Shown here in pieces: positions 34,601-45,350 of a stretch of DNA of 64,000 nt (positions within the stretch are counted from its first letter, which is position 1; each line of letters starts with the position of its first letter). The notes below the pieces were generated by a model. The model did no database searches, was not told the DNA's origin, and saw nothing but the letters and a program-made list of their open reading frames with translations. Source of the DNA: an uncultured delta proteobacterium (GTDB taxonomy: Bacteria; Myxococcota_A; Polyangia; Palsa-1104). The DNA is taken from NCBI GenBank assembly GCA_963785725.1, contig CAWAWS010000033.1:288001-352000 (forward strand). Direction: 5' to 3'. The translations under genes and the position numbers were made by a program.

Positions 34601-34799
34601 CGCGCGCGGACAGAGTGACGTCGCGCAGGCGAAGTGCTTAGTACAGCCGCACGACGCCAGTGGGAGCTGGCGCATCGTCGCGATCGACGGCAGCGAGCAG
34701 AGCCGAGTGATCGCCGACGACTTCACGTGCTTCGCCGCCGACGGCCGCTCCACGCCGTGCGGCGGTCACGTCATCGCCACCATCGCCGAGGCGCGCTAA
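31674..34799 (+). CDS. Multi-TM GT-C-like glycosyltransferase with soluble TPR-containing C-terminal region
   Basis: VDDAAISYAY...GERVEGYSNFLW, SGLE, TRPDG and PNTFYVK motifs; TPR-like helices after about aa 620. Confidence 0.7.
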   Translation: MGSPTSAARPIVDRPRVRTALLAAAALLMVAHCLRFRDFTVDDAAISYAYSQSFAHGNGLVGFAGGERVEGYSNFLWVILVGACTAVFGHILIVGKVLGLLLAVLITLGSAELLAALRRRRSALDALPAALCAAFTPVPYWSMSGLENPLYLALTLWCCVRLVQEFYDSTRSPLSALLAAGAALTRPDGLLLAVAALAAQLLTRHQRRRIHQWTLCASLPIAAHLGWRYFYYAYPWPNTFYVKVAFPFKLHELFDRHSNGWKYVLGFADRYHLATLVLFAPLTLLNREVRPRLVIFAIIATVVFFPIYARGDWMSEGRFAVDAVPLLFVLAIDGIVNVALLGRRLPYGQRTGVAVGIALFVVLSAVIVPHSLALSAARAHHYPIPVEVVATRARRYQQLAKQLDVEHPSVADGDAGGNLLYGGMPLIDIGWLTDGTLSHWGRNPGFVREYIYRERRPTFLRLTGYWLGIHLQSYSEFDEYVATPDEGLYVARSAFTTEGVDTRSRIAALTDSVDLVGYDVTPTDVRAWLLAKADHPATQLFLRTAKAEAAVNPSDGFYSTEKWRDGEVVKVKATRPDGQNLNLCASETCIALADGRFGAQPVALPVPSAAVTARLMARGELEAARAALASAHQPTQKVAAALYRRGLREEQNGETDSAFDDYEQALKADPSLSFARRHFEALRTAPRAGYHPWIAARAASAAREFYLKPSPASMDTLAQLARQAGQPERAVRAQLATSIIPASNAGLIDLAECYLALGLPEQAAALLPSGTVTEVDLARIERIARAADRRDALSKVHVEGRQSAHPIGNGITLTSIAGRLSANGAVLLDMVLSRNAVAPAETILINGYPHLLRRNPKDWADGERVLETVAVDAVDGHSSVSIGSIAVNLDVSPFVADFERGRIDGWTAEGTAFETQPVDQRWHEAFGTQGDKYLYSSESGKGRLTSPLLSSDAAEVCFFVRGDGVLLQSGEKVTEVARGQSDVAQAKCLVQPHDASGSWRIVAIDGSEQSRVIADDFTCFAADGRSTPCGGHVIATIAEAR

Positions 34800-34848
34800 C
34801 GAAGCCGCTCGCCACCTCTATTCGTCTCTCGCTCGTCCCCAACACTGT

Positions 34849-35463
34849 TCAGCGGTTGCGCCAGTAATAAACGCCGGAGCATTCGCCACGCTCGGTGAAG
34901 GCGCAGACGCGACGCTCGGTCATGTCCGCGCAGCCCATGGCCTCGAGCGTCACCAGGCAGGCGTAGTGATTGATCATGCACGCGAACAGGTGGTGCGTCG
35001 GCCAGTCGAGAACCACCGCCTCCAACGACGTGGGCGACAAGGTCTTGAGGCGCAGGCGTCCCGTGTCGTGGTGCACGTCCCACAGCGACTGCGCGTGCTT
35101 CACGAAGCGTTCGGGCGTCGCCATGATGGCGAAGATCATGCGGTGCAGCCCGCGCAGACTGCGGTCCATCACCGCCTTGGCCATGGCGCGCGCCAGCGAC
35201 TGCTGCTGCAAGGGCCCGAGCTCGCCGATGACGGCGTCGAAGAAGGCGTTGCGCTGCTCCTCGAGGTACCAGCTCGCGTCGAGCACGCCGAGCGCCGGAT
35301 GGTGCTCGTCGAGGCCTCGCCGCCAACGGTCCGGCATGGCGCGCACCGACGCGAGCAGCTGGTCGCGTCCGTGTAGTCGCTCGTAGACGCGGATCTGTTC
35401 GGCCCACGCCATGCCTTTGGTTCGGCCCGCGTTCGCTGGTACGGCCAAGCGGTCAGCAGCCAT
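34849..35463 (-). CDS. Myxobacterial hypothetical protein (DUF2378/V4R-like fold)
   Basis: N-terminal KG, SWY, W..HHDTG, terminal C-x6-C..YW. Confidence 0.55.
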   Translation of the reverse strand: MAADRLAVPANAGRTKGMAWAEQIRVYERLHGRDQLLASVRAMPDRWRRGLDEHHPALGVLDASWYLEEQRNAFFDAVIGELGPLQQQSLARAMAKAVMDRSLRGLHRMIFAIMATPERFVKHAQSLWDVHHDTGRLRLKTLSPTSLEAVVLDWPTHHLFACMINHYACLVTLEAMGCADMTERRVCAFTERGECSGVYYWRNR

Positions 35464-35571
35464 GACTCCCCCTCACACCCCGATTCGGTACCGCCCTCGT
35501 CGAGAGTATACGCCTTCTCGAGGGGATCCGCGACGCGTCGCCAGCCGCGGGCCGGCAGCGCTGGTCAGCCT

Positions 35572-36807
35572 TCAGTCCAACTCACCGGCGAAGCCCTCGT
35601 CGACGTAGTGGAGAAAATACGAGGCCGAACGCTCGCCCGCGAACGGCTCGCGATAATGCGGCAGCTCGCAGCCGCGGAAGAGCACGGCGTCCCCGACGTC
35701 GAGCGCGATGGCCACCTGCTCGCCGCTCGCCGGCAGCTCGAGGTACAGCGGCCACGCGTTCGCCGACGACGAACCGGCGGCGAAGTCGAGGAGCAGCGAC
35801 GCCGTCAGGGCGCACTGCGGGCGATCGGTGTGCTTCTTCAGCGTCGCCCCGTGTCGATAGGAGGCGAAGTATCCGAACGACGGCTTGAACGCCGCCCCGG
35901 CCACGCGCGAGATGAACGGCGCCAGCTCGCGCTGGTAATAGCGCAGCAACGGCTCGTTATAGCGGGCCGAGCGCAGCGGCACCTGAATATCCGAGCCCGC
36001 CGTAAAACCCGAGTCGACGAGCCGCCGATTGTAGCGCGCCATGGCCGCGATCTGCAGCGGCGGGAGCACGCCCGGCAGCTTCGCGTAGCCGCTGTGCGCG
36101 AGCTGCGCGACCGCGGCCGCGAGCCGCGTCTGCGCCGCCTGCGCCGCGTCGCCGTCGACGACGATGCAGGCGCCGATCAGCTGCGCCAAGACCTGCGGAT
36201 CGAGCGCGCGCGGCGGCGGCGCCCCCGGGGTCAGACGCTGCACCAGGCTGAGCTCGCGCTCGTCGAGCCAATAGGGCAGCCGCGCGCCGGTCAAGGCGTC
36301 GGTGACGAGGAGCAGCGCGTCAGTCGGCTCCAGGATCTCCTCCAGCTCCGCCTGTTGCGCCACGAGCTGCGCCACGCCGGTGAGCTCGAGCCCCGGCGCC
36401 ACGACGAGCGCGCCCGTGTCCGCCACCGGCGCCGGCAGCGGCGCCGCGTCGGCGAGGCCGCAACGAAAAGTGACCGGCTGCCCGAGCTCGTGCGCGTAGA
36501 TCAGCACCCCAAGCTCCGCCAGGCGCGCGCACACGCTCTCGCTCAGCTCGACATCGTCGGTGCCTTCGACGATCGCGTGCAGGGCCGCCAGCACCTCGCT
36601 CGCGTCGTGCTCGACCAGCGTATTGAGGCGGCCGCGTCCCCGGATGGGCGCGAGGATGCGATAGCCCGCGATGTCATTGCCGTCGCGGAGCCGCAGCAAT
36701 TCCACGTGCGGGTTGAGCATCAGCTCGCCGGAATTGGAGTCGCTCAGGGCGGCACCCGAAACAGCGGAGCGCTCGACCTCAGCGTCCAGGGACTCGATCT
36801 CTTCCAT
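35572..36807 (-). CDS. 2OG-Fe(II) oxygenase-like protein with long N-terminal extension
   Basis: Y..GATLKKHTDR.QC, WPLYL, GDAVLFRG..LPHYREPF; AGGAG RBS. Confidence 0.75.
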   Translation of the reverse strand: MEEIESLDAEVERSAVSGAALSDSNSGELMLNPHVELLRLRDGNDIAGYRILAPIRGRGRLNTLVEHDASEVLAALHAIVEGTDDVELSESVCARLAELGVLIYAHELGQPVTFRCGLADAAPLPAPVADTGALVVAPGLELTGVAQLVAQQAELEEILEPTDALLLVTDALTGARLPYWLDERELSLVQRLTPGAPPPRALDPQVLAQLIGACIVVDGDAAQAAQTRLAAAVAQLAHSGYAKLPGVLPPLQIAAMARYNRRLVDSGFTAGSDIQVPLRSARYNEPLLRYYQRELAPFISRVAGAAFKPSFGYFASYRHGATLKKHTDRPQCALTASLLLDFAAGSSSANAWPLYLELPASGEQVAIALDVGDAVLFRGCELPHYREPFAGERSASYFLHYVDEGFAGELD

Positions 36808-36832
36808 GCCTATCTCTCCTGCCTCGGAGCGC

Positions 36833-36856
36833 CGGACGGCACCGCTCCGCCGTCCG
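36833..36856. other. Intergenic hairpin between the precursor and oxygenase genes
   Basis: CGGACGGC-N8-GCCGTCCG without a T-tail. Confidence 0.5.
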
Positions 36857-36887
36857 CGCGCTCAGCGCTTCACTTCGTGAGCTCGGT

Positions 36888-37058
36888 CTACTGCACCTTC
36901 CGCGGCTTCAGCGGGCACATCTCGGTGCTGCCGCTTTCCGGCACTATCTCGCTGCCGCCGTTGACGTTCGCCAGATCCCTAGCGTTGAGCCGCCGGATCG
37001 ACTCCTTCCGCAGCACTAGTTTCGATTGCTTCTGCTCGTTCTTCTCGTCCTTCTTCAT
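36888..37058 (-). CDS. Putative RiPP precursor (lanthipeptide-type LxLxKExIxxL leader plus GG site)
   Basis: MKKDEKNEQKQSKLVLRKESIRRLNARDLANVNGG|SEIVPESGSTEMCPLKPRKVQ; GGGAG RBS. Confidence 0.7.
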   Translation of the reverse strand: MKKDEKNEQKQSKLVLRKESIRRLNARDLANVNGGSEIVPESGSTEMCPLKPRKVQ

Positions 37059-37081
37059 TCGCGCTCTCCCTGTTGTGCGCC

Positions 37082-40000
37082 TCATGGCGCGGTTACACCG
37101 AATGCGTCGTCGGCAAGCGTCGCGCTGGTCTGATTAGCAATCCACGGAATGAGCCGCGCCGCGCCTTGGGGAACTGCCGGCGCGGCGCTGGGCGTCCATA
37201 GCCGCACGGTCTTGTCCTCGCTGGCCGAGACGAGGCGCCTTCCGTCGGCTTCGAAGTCGACAGAGCGCACGACCCCCTCGTGACCGCGGAGCACGGTGAT
37301 CGCGCCAGTCTCGAGGCTCGTCAGGCGAATGGTGCGATCGCTCGAGACCGAGGCCACCACCCGTCCGTCGGGCGAAAAGGCGATCTGTTGCACCGCCTCG
37401 TCATGCCGGGTGAGCAGGCGCGCCTGGCCGGTAGCGACGTCCCAGACGCGTACGGTCTTGTCCAGGCTCGCGGACGCCAGCAAGCGACCGTCCGGTGCGA
37501 AGCGGAGCCCGGTGATGATGTCGCGATGGCCGGAGAAGCGGTGACCGAGACCGCTCGCGACGTCCCACAACCAAATCGATCCGTCTCTTGCGCCCGACGC
37601 GAGCGACTTTCCATCGCGGGCGTACACCAGCCGCGAGGTCCCGGCGCCATGCTGACCGAGAACGCGCCCCTCGCCGGTGGCGAGGCGCCAGAGGCGGACG
37701 GTGCCATCGGCGCCGCCGGAGGCGAGGAGATCGCCGCCAGGAGAGAATATCAGGTTGTACGCCTCGCCGCGATGTCCCAAGAGCACGGTCTGTCGTCCCG
37801 AACCGAGATCCCACCAGCGCAAGGTGCCGTCGCTGGCGGTGGCGGCGAGGCGCTTGCCGTCGGTGGACAGGGCCACGCGGCGCAGCATCGTCTGGGGCAC
37901 GGCGAAGGTCCGCACCTCGCCCGTCGCCAGATTCCACAGGTGCGCCGTGTTGTCGCCCGCGGCCGCCAGCAGCGTGCCGTCGCCGGAGAAGGAGATGCCG
38001 CTCGACGCCACCATGGCGGCATACAACGCACCGGGCAGCAGCCGCTCGGCGCCCGTCGCCAAATCCCAGAGCCGCGCCAGCCGATCGGTGCCGGACGAGG
38101 CGACGACGCGACCGTCGGGCGAGATCAGCGCCTGCACCACCTCGAGATCGTGACGCCCGAGGACATGTCCGCGCGGCGCAGCGACCGGCCAGAAGCGCGT
38201 CCCGCCGGGGTCGTATCCCGACGACACCAGCGTCTTGCCGTCGGGCGTGAAGACGAGAATCGCCGAGCACGCCGCGGTGGCCGAGCAGCACGCGCACGTC
38301 GCCGGTCGCGACGTCCCAGAGCCGGACACGCCAATCGGGGCTACAGGAGGCGAGCGTCCGTCCGTCGGGCGAGAAGGCGATGTCGTCGACGATGTCGGTG
38401 TGCCCGGCGAAGACGCGCGCGCCGCCACCGTCGAGCCGCCACAAGCGCACCTTGAAGTCGGCGCCGCCGGACGCGGCCAGGTTGGGGTCGGTCGGCGAGA
38501 AGCGCACGTCGCGGATGAGGCCGTCGTGAGCGCCGACGAGGCGGTTGGCGCCGCTGGCGACGTCCCACAGCCGGATCGTGTGGTCCATGCCGCCCGAGAG
38601 GAGCCGCTTGCCGTCGCGCGAGAAATCGAACGAGTTGATCGCGCCGACGTGACCGGCGAGGCGGCGGACGGCGCCCTGCGCGACGTCGACCAGGTGCAGC
38701 GTCCCGTCGACGGTGCCGAACGCGACGGTGGCGCCGTCGCGCGACAGGCCGAGCACGGTGACGGCCTCGGGCGTGCTCGTTTGCCAGATCGGGCGTCCGG
38801 CCGTGAGATCCCAGACGACGACCGACTTCAGGCCCGACACCGCCAAGGACCTGCCGTCGGCGGAGTAGTAGACGTAGAAGGCGCCACCATCGAGATGAAC
38901 GAGGCGGGTGCGGCAATCGCTGCTCGGCGTCCAGCTGACGACGTCGCCGCTGCGGGTGCAGACGGCGATCGACTGGCCGTCGGGGGCGAAGCGCGCGGCC
39001 AAGACCGGCGCGCCGAAGCTGCCCGCGGCCAGCTTGGCGCCGTCGGCGATGCGCCACACCTTGACCAGCGCGTCGGGGCCGGCGGTCAGCACCGACGCGC
39101 CGTCGGACGACATGGCGGTCATCGTCGCCATCGTCGGCACGATGTGGCGCGCCACGCCGCGGCTCTCGGCATCGGCGGCCAGCACCTGCGCGCGATCCCA
39201 CTCGGCGCCGCTCGCGGGATAGGTCTTGAGCCACTCGAGCGCCAACGTCGGATCCGATTCGAGCGCCCCGGCGGCTTGCGCCAAGATGAGCGCGTTGCGC
39301 TGCGACACGGCGACGGCGCGCTCGCTGCGGATGCGCCGCACGCTGGCGGCGCCGACGACGACGAGCGTCAAGAGGAAGATGAGGGCGACCGCCGCCGGCA
39401 GGCGATAGCGATGCAGCCAGCGCCACAGCAGCGCGCCCGGCGAGTAATGGTGCGCACCGACGAGCTGGCCGGCCGCGAAGCGCTTGAGATCGCCGGTCAG
39501 CTCCGAGGCGTCGCGGTAGCGCTGCGCCGGATCGCGCTCCATCGCCTTGGCGACGACGGCGACCAGATCGGCCGGCACGCCGGGCGCCTTGTCGACGAGC
39601 GGTGGCGGCGGCGCCGCGACGAGACGATCGAGCGCGTCGCGCGAGGACAGCTCACCGAACGGCGGCGCGCCACAGAGCACGTGATAGAGCAGCGCCCCGA
39701 GCGAATAGACGTCGGCGCGCGCGTCGACGCTCTCGCCGCGCGCCTGCTCGGGAGCCATATAGTGCGGCGTGCCCATGACGCTGCCGATCGACGTCACGCC
39801 GGGCGCGGCGCTGCGATAGGGCGCGTCGCAGAGCGGGTCCGCCGGCGCCGAGCGCGACAGCTCCTTGGCCAGCCCCCAGTCGATCACGACCGTCTCGCCG
39901 AAGGGTCCGAGCAGCACGTTCGACGGCTTGATGTCGCGATGAATGATGTCGAGGCTGTGCGCGTAAGCGATCGCATCGGCGACGGCGATCACGTTGGGCA

Positions 40001-40445
40001 GGAGGACGAGCCGCTCCTTCAAGCTAGCCGCCTGCGCGATCGCCTGCCCGAGCGTGCGGTTGTTGCCGAGGAGCTTCATGACGTAGAACGGCGGGCCGCC
40101 ACCCGGGCGCCGGCCGGCGTCGTAGATGGGGACGATGGCCGGATGCTGCAGACGCGCGGTGATGGCGGTCTCGCGCTCGAAGCGCTCGCGCAGGACCACG
40201 GAGTCGCCGCTCTCGAGCATCTCCTTGATCGCCACCGGGCGATCGAGCCGCTCGTCGTAGGCCTTGAGGATGCGGCCGAGCCCGCCACGCGCGAACTCCT
40301 CGACGACCACGTACCGCGAAGACGACGTTGGCGCGGCTGCGTCCTGCGCGATGGCGCCGTTGGGCGACGGCGTCGACGTCGGGCCGACTTCGAGCGTCTC
40401 GCGAGCTTCGTCGAGCAGGCCCTCCTTCGGTGAACGCTGGTTCAC
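37082..40445 (-). CDS. Ser/Thr protein kinase with TM and WD40 repeats, 1-bp frameshift at about 38259
   Basis: VAIK, HRDIKPSN, DWGLA, YMAPE; GH...WD repeats continue in the 37082..38428 frame (GHRGVLGD-LVFTPDG). Confidence 0.88.
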
Positions 40446-40866
40446 GCTTCCGCACCTCGACGCTTAATACGACAATCGGCCCCTTCGCCGTCCCTCCGTG
40501 TCGGCTCTTGCGCCCGAAACGGCACCTCGTCGGCGCTCATGAAAGCCGCCGTCGCGACCACGGTGAGTCATGTCCCACAATCTCGAGGGCTGCTGATACG
40601 ACATAGCTCACTCGAACGTGAAATAGATCACGCTTCGGCGGGCAACATCCTGGCAACCGAGCGGCGACAATGCGCGCGCGATCACCTTTACGTGTGACGT
40701 ATTGGCGTCCGGCCAGCGCGCAGCTGAATTGGGCCTTCGAACAGGTGACGACGCGGGACGTCACGCTCTCGAAATTTTCTTATCGCGGTTGGACGCGATC
40801 GTGAGTTGCGTTGGCGGGCTCGATGCTGACGCTTCGTGATCATCGGACTACTCACAGGAGACTTGG

Positions 40867-41544
40867 TCAACGCAACGCGACGACGACTCCGATGGGGCCG
40901 ACGCGCCATTTCACGTCCGCGTGGCTGAATCCGGCGCTGGCGATGGTGGCGAGCTCGTCGGCGAGCGCGAAATATCGATCTTCGTGCGCCCACTCGGCGA
41001 AGCGCGCGTATGCTTCCGCCTCGCTGTCGCCGCCGCTCACGAGATGGGCAGCCCAGCGACGGTACAGCGGCTCGGACAGGCGCGGCACCTCGGACACGAA
41101 CGCATCGGCGACGACGAGCACGCCGCCCGGCGCGATGGCCGCGTGAATGTGGCGATAGACGTCGAGCTTCGCCGCTCGGTCGTGCACGTGATGCAGCGAC
41201 AGCGCGGCCACGGCGCCGTCGCAGGCCGGCAACGCAGCGGCGAACGACGCATTCACGAACGACACGCGCTCGCGCACGCCCGACAGACGCGTCTCCGCAT
41301 GCTCGAGCATCTGGGCGTCGACGTCGACGAGCGTGACGCGCAGGCGCGACTCGCGCACCAGGCGCTCGCTCATGCGGCCCGAGCCCGAGCCGAGGTCCAA
41401 GACATGCGCGTCGGCCGGCACGTGCTCGGCGATCGCGCCCGCGACCTCGTCGAGCAGCTCGTCGTAACGCGGAATGAGCCGGCGAATCATGACGTCATAC
41501 GTCGCCGGATCGAAGCCGAGGTGCTGCGCCACCGAATGACCCAT
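40867..41544 (-). CDS. Class I SAM-dependent methyltransferase
   Basis: VLDLGSGSG, LVDVD, SLHH, PGGVLVVAD. Confidence 0.88.
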   Translation of the reverse strand: MGHSVAQHLGFDPATYDVMIRRLIPRYDELLDEVAGAIAEHVPADAHVLDLGSGSGRMSERLVRESRLRVTLVDVDAQMLEHAETRLSGVRERVSFVNASFAAALPACDGAVAALSLHHVHDRAAKLDVYRHIHAAIAPGGVLVVADAFVSEVPRLSEPLYRRWAAHLVSGGDSEAEAYARFAEWAHEDRYFALADELATIASAGFSHADVKWRVGPIGVVVALR

Positions 41545-41684
41545 GCGGAAACGCTAACACGCGCCGTGCGCGAAACCGAGCCAGCGCAACGCCGGGCGGA
41601 GCAGCGAAACTTGACGGCCCCGAGAGCGACTGGCCACGCTAGTTGCGCGGCGAAGGCTGGCCACGGTCGGCGGCGCGCGGCCCG

Positions 41685-44600
41685 TTACAAGGCGGCGAGG
41701 GGATGCTCCGCCAGCCAGGTCGCCGCGCTCGCGCCCGCGGTCGTGCCGCGCGCGCCGACGTTGGCGAAGCGCTTGCGCGACTCGCTCGCGAGCTGACGCG
41801 CCGCCTCGCGGTGCCCGAGACCCCACTGCGCGTTGGCCAGCGCGAGCCGAATCTGGCCGGCCATGTAGTCGTCGGCCGGCTGCGCGTCGCCGATGGCCTT
41901 GGCTCGCTGCAACAACGCGTTCGCCGCGTCGAGCTGGCCATGCGCCAAACGCACGCGTCCGAGGCCGAGGAGCGCCTGCTGCAAGTAGGGATGCTCGCGC
42001 CCGAGCGCCTTCTCCCACAGCGCCAGCGCCTGCGCGAAGCGGCCATCGGCGTCGTCGAGGTGGCCGAGCCGGCGCTGCGCCTCGGCGACTCCCCATTGCT
42101 CGAACGCCACGTCGGGATGGCTCGCGCCCTGTCGCTTCTCGCGCTCGGCGAGCAGCGCGCGGAAATCGGCCAGCGCGCCTTGGACGTCGCCCTGCTCGAG
42201 CTTGACCTCGGCGATGTTGTGGCGCGCGACGGCAATCTCGGTGGCGTTGGCGTCGGAGCCGTCGCCCTCGCGCCACAACACCAGCGCGCGGCGATAGGAG
42301 TCGAGGGCCGGCCCGAGCTCGCCGATGGCGCGCAGATCGTCGCCCATGTTGTTCAAGGTGTTGGCGATGTAGCCGGGCGGCGTGCCTTCGTTGCGCTGGA
42401 AGATGGCGAGCGTGCGCCGGCTCTGCGTCAACGCGCCCGCATGATCGCCGCTGTCGCCGTAAGCGGCGGCCATGTTGAGCAAGAGCACGGCGACGCGCGG
42501 ATGCTCGCGACCGAGCGCCGCCTCGGACAGCGCGAGCGCGTGCTGGAAGTTGGCGATCGCCTCGCGATAGCGGCCGCTCTCGTAGTAGGCGTTGGCCACG
42601 CCGTGGTAGGCGTCGGCGAGCTGCTGCTGGTTCTTGCCCGAGCTGCGCTTGAAATATTCGAGGCCGCGCTCGGCCTCGACCAACGCCTCGTTCGGCTTGC
42701 CCTGCCGCAGCAGCAGCGCCGAGCGTCGGTTGGCGATGCCGCCGAGCAGCTCGTCGCGATCGTGGACGCGACCGGCGAGCGCCTGCGCCACGTCGGCGAA
42801 ACGCGCCCCCTCGTCGAAGTGACCTTCGCGCTCGCCGACGACCGAGACCAGCGCGACCGCGACGTTGGCGGCGAGCTCGTCGTGACGTCCGGCGAGCGCG
42901 GCCACGAACGCGTGGTGCAGCGACTCGGCCGACGGGGCGAACTCACCGGTGGCGAGCTGCGCCCGGCCGACGCGAAAGTGAGCCTCGCCGGTCAGCGGAT
43001 CGTAGCCGACTGCCGTCGCTGCCGCCAACGCGCCGCGGGCCAGGCGCAGCTCCTCGGGAAATTTACCCGCGAGCTCGAGCGCCTCGGAGCGCGCCAGCTG
43101 CTGCCGGATCGCCTCGACGCGGCTGCGGGTGGCGACGTCCGCCGGAGGCGGAATCGGCGCCCGCAAGGCGGCGACGTCGCCGCAGCGCTCGATGCGCGGC
43201 AGCGACTGCGCCGCCTTGGCCGCGCGCTCCACCAGCGCGCCGTCGGCTTCGGCCAATTCGCTGCTCAAGGTCCTGAGCTCGGTCAAGCGCTCGTCGAGGC
43301 AGCTCATGCGCAGATCGAGCAGCTCCTGCGACTGCTCGGCGCGCAGGTGAGTGGCTTCGCAGGCGTCGACGTGCATGGCCACCCAGGCCGCGGCGTAGCT
43401 GTCGAGCGCCGCCTCGACGGTGTGCAGCACCGGCGCGGCGAAGACGCGGCCGCTCTTGCCGAAGGCCGCGCGCACACGACCGCGCTGCGCGTCATCCCAG
43501 ACGCCGGCCAGCTTGTGCTCGGCGCCGGTGCACATGCCGAGGCGACTGCGATGGCCAAGGCGCCAGGCGCCGGCGCCGACCACGCCCGCGACCACGGCCA
43601 GCGCCGCCAGCGACCAGCCGATGCGCCGACGGCGCGCGAGGTCGGGCCGCAGCGCCACCAACAGCGCGTCCATCGAGGGGAAGCGATCGGCGGGCCGGGT
43701 GGCGAGACCGCGCTGCAGCGCCTGACGGACGCGCGCCGGCACGCGCGCGACCGCGCCTTTGGGCAGCTCGCGCCGGCGGCCGTTGACGACGCTGTCCGCC
43801 AGATCGTCGACGTTGTCCCCGGCAAAGGGGAGCGCGCCGTAAAGCGCTTCGAAGAGGGCGACGCAGAAGCTGAATTGATCGGCGCGCTCGTCGATCACCT
43901 GACCGAGGTGCTGCTCGGGCGCCATGAAGCGCGGCGTGCCCATGACGGCGCCTTCGCGGGTGAGCTGGCGGTCGAGCTGCCGTGAGCTGTGCGACCTGCT
44001 CGAGCCGTTGGCGCCCGAGGCGCCATCCGCGCTCCGCGGCGCGTCGGAGGAGACGTGGTCGTCGTCGACAGCCGGCGGCGGCGTGCTCGGCGGCGCGCCG
44101 GTGGGCTCGTCCGCCAGCGACGGCAGCTGCGTCTCGGGCTCTTCGGACAAAGGCCCGGTGGCGCGCGCCAGACCGAAATCGACGACGCGCACGCGGCCGT
44201 CGTCGGCGACGAGGACGTTGTCTGGCTTGAAGTCGCGGTGCACCAGCCCGGCGCGGTGCGCGGCGACGAGCCCTTCGCCGGCGGCGCAATAGACGTCGAG
44301 GATGTCGCGCAGCGAGCGCGGGCGCTCTTTGAGCCATTCGCGCGCGGTCTTGCCGGCGACGAACTCCATGGCGATGAAGACGCTCGTGCGAAAGGTGCCG
44401 ACATCGTGCACGGCCACGACGTTGGGGTGCGACAGCCGAGCCAGCGCCTGGGCCTCGCGCAATAGGCGGTCGCGGAGCGCGCCCTGCCGGTCGCTCTTCA
44501 AGAGCTTGAGGGCGACGGTGCGGTCGAGCTCGGGGTCGTAGGCTTTATAGACGACGCCCATGCCGCCCTCGCCGAGCGGATCGAGGACCACGTAACGCTC

Positions 44601-44696
44601 GACACAGGTGCCGCGCTCGAGACGCGGGCGTTTTCTACTGCTGACTTTGATTCCGACGGTGGAACCGTCGTCACCGGTTTCAGGATTGGAGGCCAT
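41685..44696 (-). CDS. Ser/Thr protein kinase with TPR repeats
   Basis: GEGGMGVV, HRDFKPDN, DFGLA, FMAPE; GxEHP-type TPR repeats. Confidence 0.93.
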   Translation of the reverse strand: MASNPETGDDGSTVGIKVSSRKRPRLERGTCVERYVVLDPLGEGGMGVVYKAYDPELDRTVALKLLKSDRQGALRDRLLREAQALARLSHPNVVAVHDVGTFRTSVFIAMEFVAGKTAREWLKERPRSLRDILDVYCAAGEGLVAAHRAGLVHRDFKPDNVLVADDGRVRVVDFGLARATGPLSEEPETQLPSLADEPTGAPPSTPPPAVDDDHVSSDAPRSADGASGANGSSRSHSSRQLDRQLTREGAVMGTPRFMAPEQHLGQVIDERADQFSFCVALFEALYGALPFAGDNVDDLADSVVNGRRRELPKGAVARVPARVRQALQRGLATRPADRFPSMDALLVALRPDLARRRRIGWSLAALAVVAGVVGAGAWRLGHRSRLGMCTGAEHKLAGVWDDAQRGRVRAAFGKSGRVFAAPVLHTVEAALDSYAAAWVAMHVDACEATHLRAEQSQELLDLRMSCLDERLTELRTLSSELAEADGALVERAAKAAQSLPRIERCGDVAALRAPIPPPADVATRSRVEAIRQQLARSEALELAGKFPEELRLARGALAAATAVGYDPLTGEAHFRVGRAQLATGEFAPSAESLHHAFVAALAGRHDELAANVAVALVSVVGEREGHFDEGARFADVAQALAGRVHDRDELLGGIANRRSALLLRQGKPNEALVEAERGLEYFKRSSGKNQQQLADAYHGVANAYYESGRYREAIANFQHALALSEAALGREHPRVAVLLLNMAAAYGDSGDHAGALTQSRRTLAIFQRNEGTPPGYIANTLNNMGDDLRAIGELGPALDSYRRALVLWREGDGSDANATEIAVARHNIAEVKLEQGDVQGALADFRALLAEREKRQGASHPDVAFEQWGVAEAQRRLGHLDDADGRFAQALALWEKALGREHPYLQQALLGLGRVRLAHGQLDAANALLQRAKAIGDAQPADDYMAGQIRLALANAQWGLGHREAARQLASESRKRFANVGARGTTAGASAATWLAEHPLAAL

Positions 44697-45350
44697 GCTG
44701 ACTCTCTTGGGCTGGGCTCGAACAGTGCCCGGAGGCGTGCATCGGCCGGACGCGCCCGGCTATGAGTGACTTCGACACGAATGGGCGACTGACGTCGTCG
44801 CTAACGGCGCCGGAGTGTCGGGCGCGGCGTGCATCCAAGTCGTGGGATCGAGCCGCGTCGGACGAGCGCCGCGAGAACATTCCGGCGGGGATGGGTAAAG
44901 CGAAGTACACGAATCCGGCCCCGAACATATCGCATTCGACAACGGCATTCAACCGTCCGCTTATGGGGAAATGACCTTTTACCCAAAGGAAACGGCCTCG
45001 AATGCCCAATGGTCGTCGGCCCACTTCAGCGAGTAGCTCGGCCAAACACGTACAGTGCGCTGGACGCCGCCGCCGTCCGCGAAGCGTCGCTGGCGTCTGT
45101 CACCACCGCCAAGACGCATTGACGTGGCAAGCGCGACTCTTAGGCCGGAACACCAAGACGTTTAGCATCGACACTGTCTGCTAACGCATGACCTCGCGGC
45201 TTCCGCGGGCACGTCCGATGCAGCGCGTGCAGATATACGGTGGTGCGTCCAACACCGTCGCACAGAGGACCGTGGAGGACCGCGTCGACGAGAACGAGCA
45301 TAGCCTGCCGAATCGCGAAGTCTCAATGACGGAGGCGTAAGGGGAAGATC

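Noticed and set aside
44700..45340. Long intergenic region as a possible ncRNA or riboswitch
   Set aside because: No recognisable conserved structure by eye; needs an Rfam search
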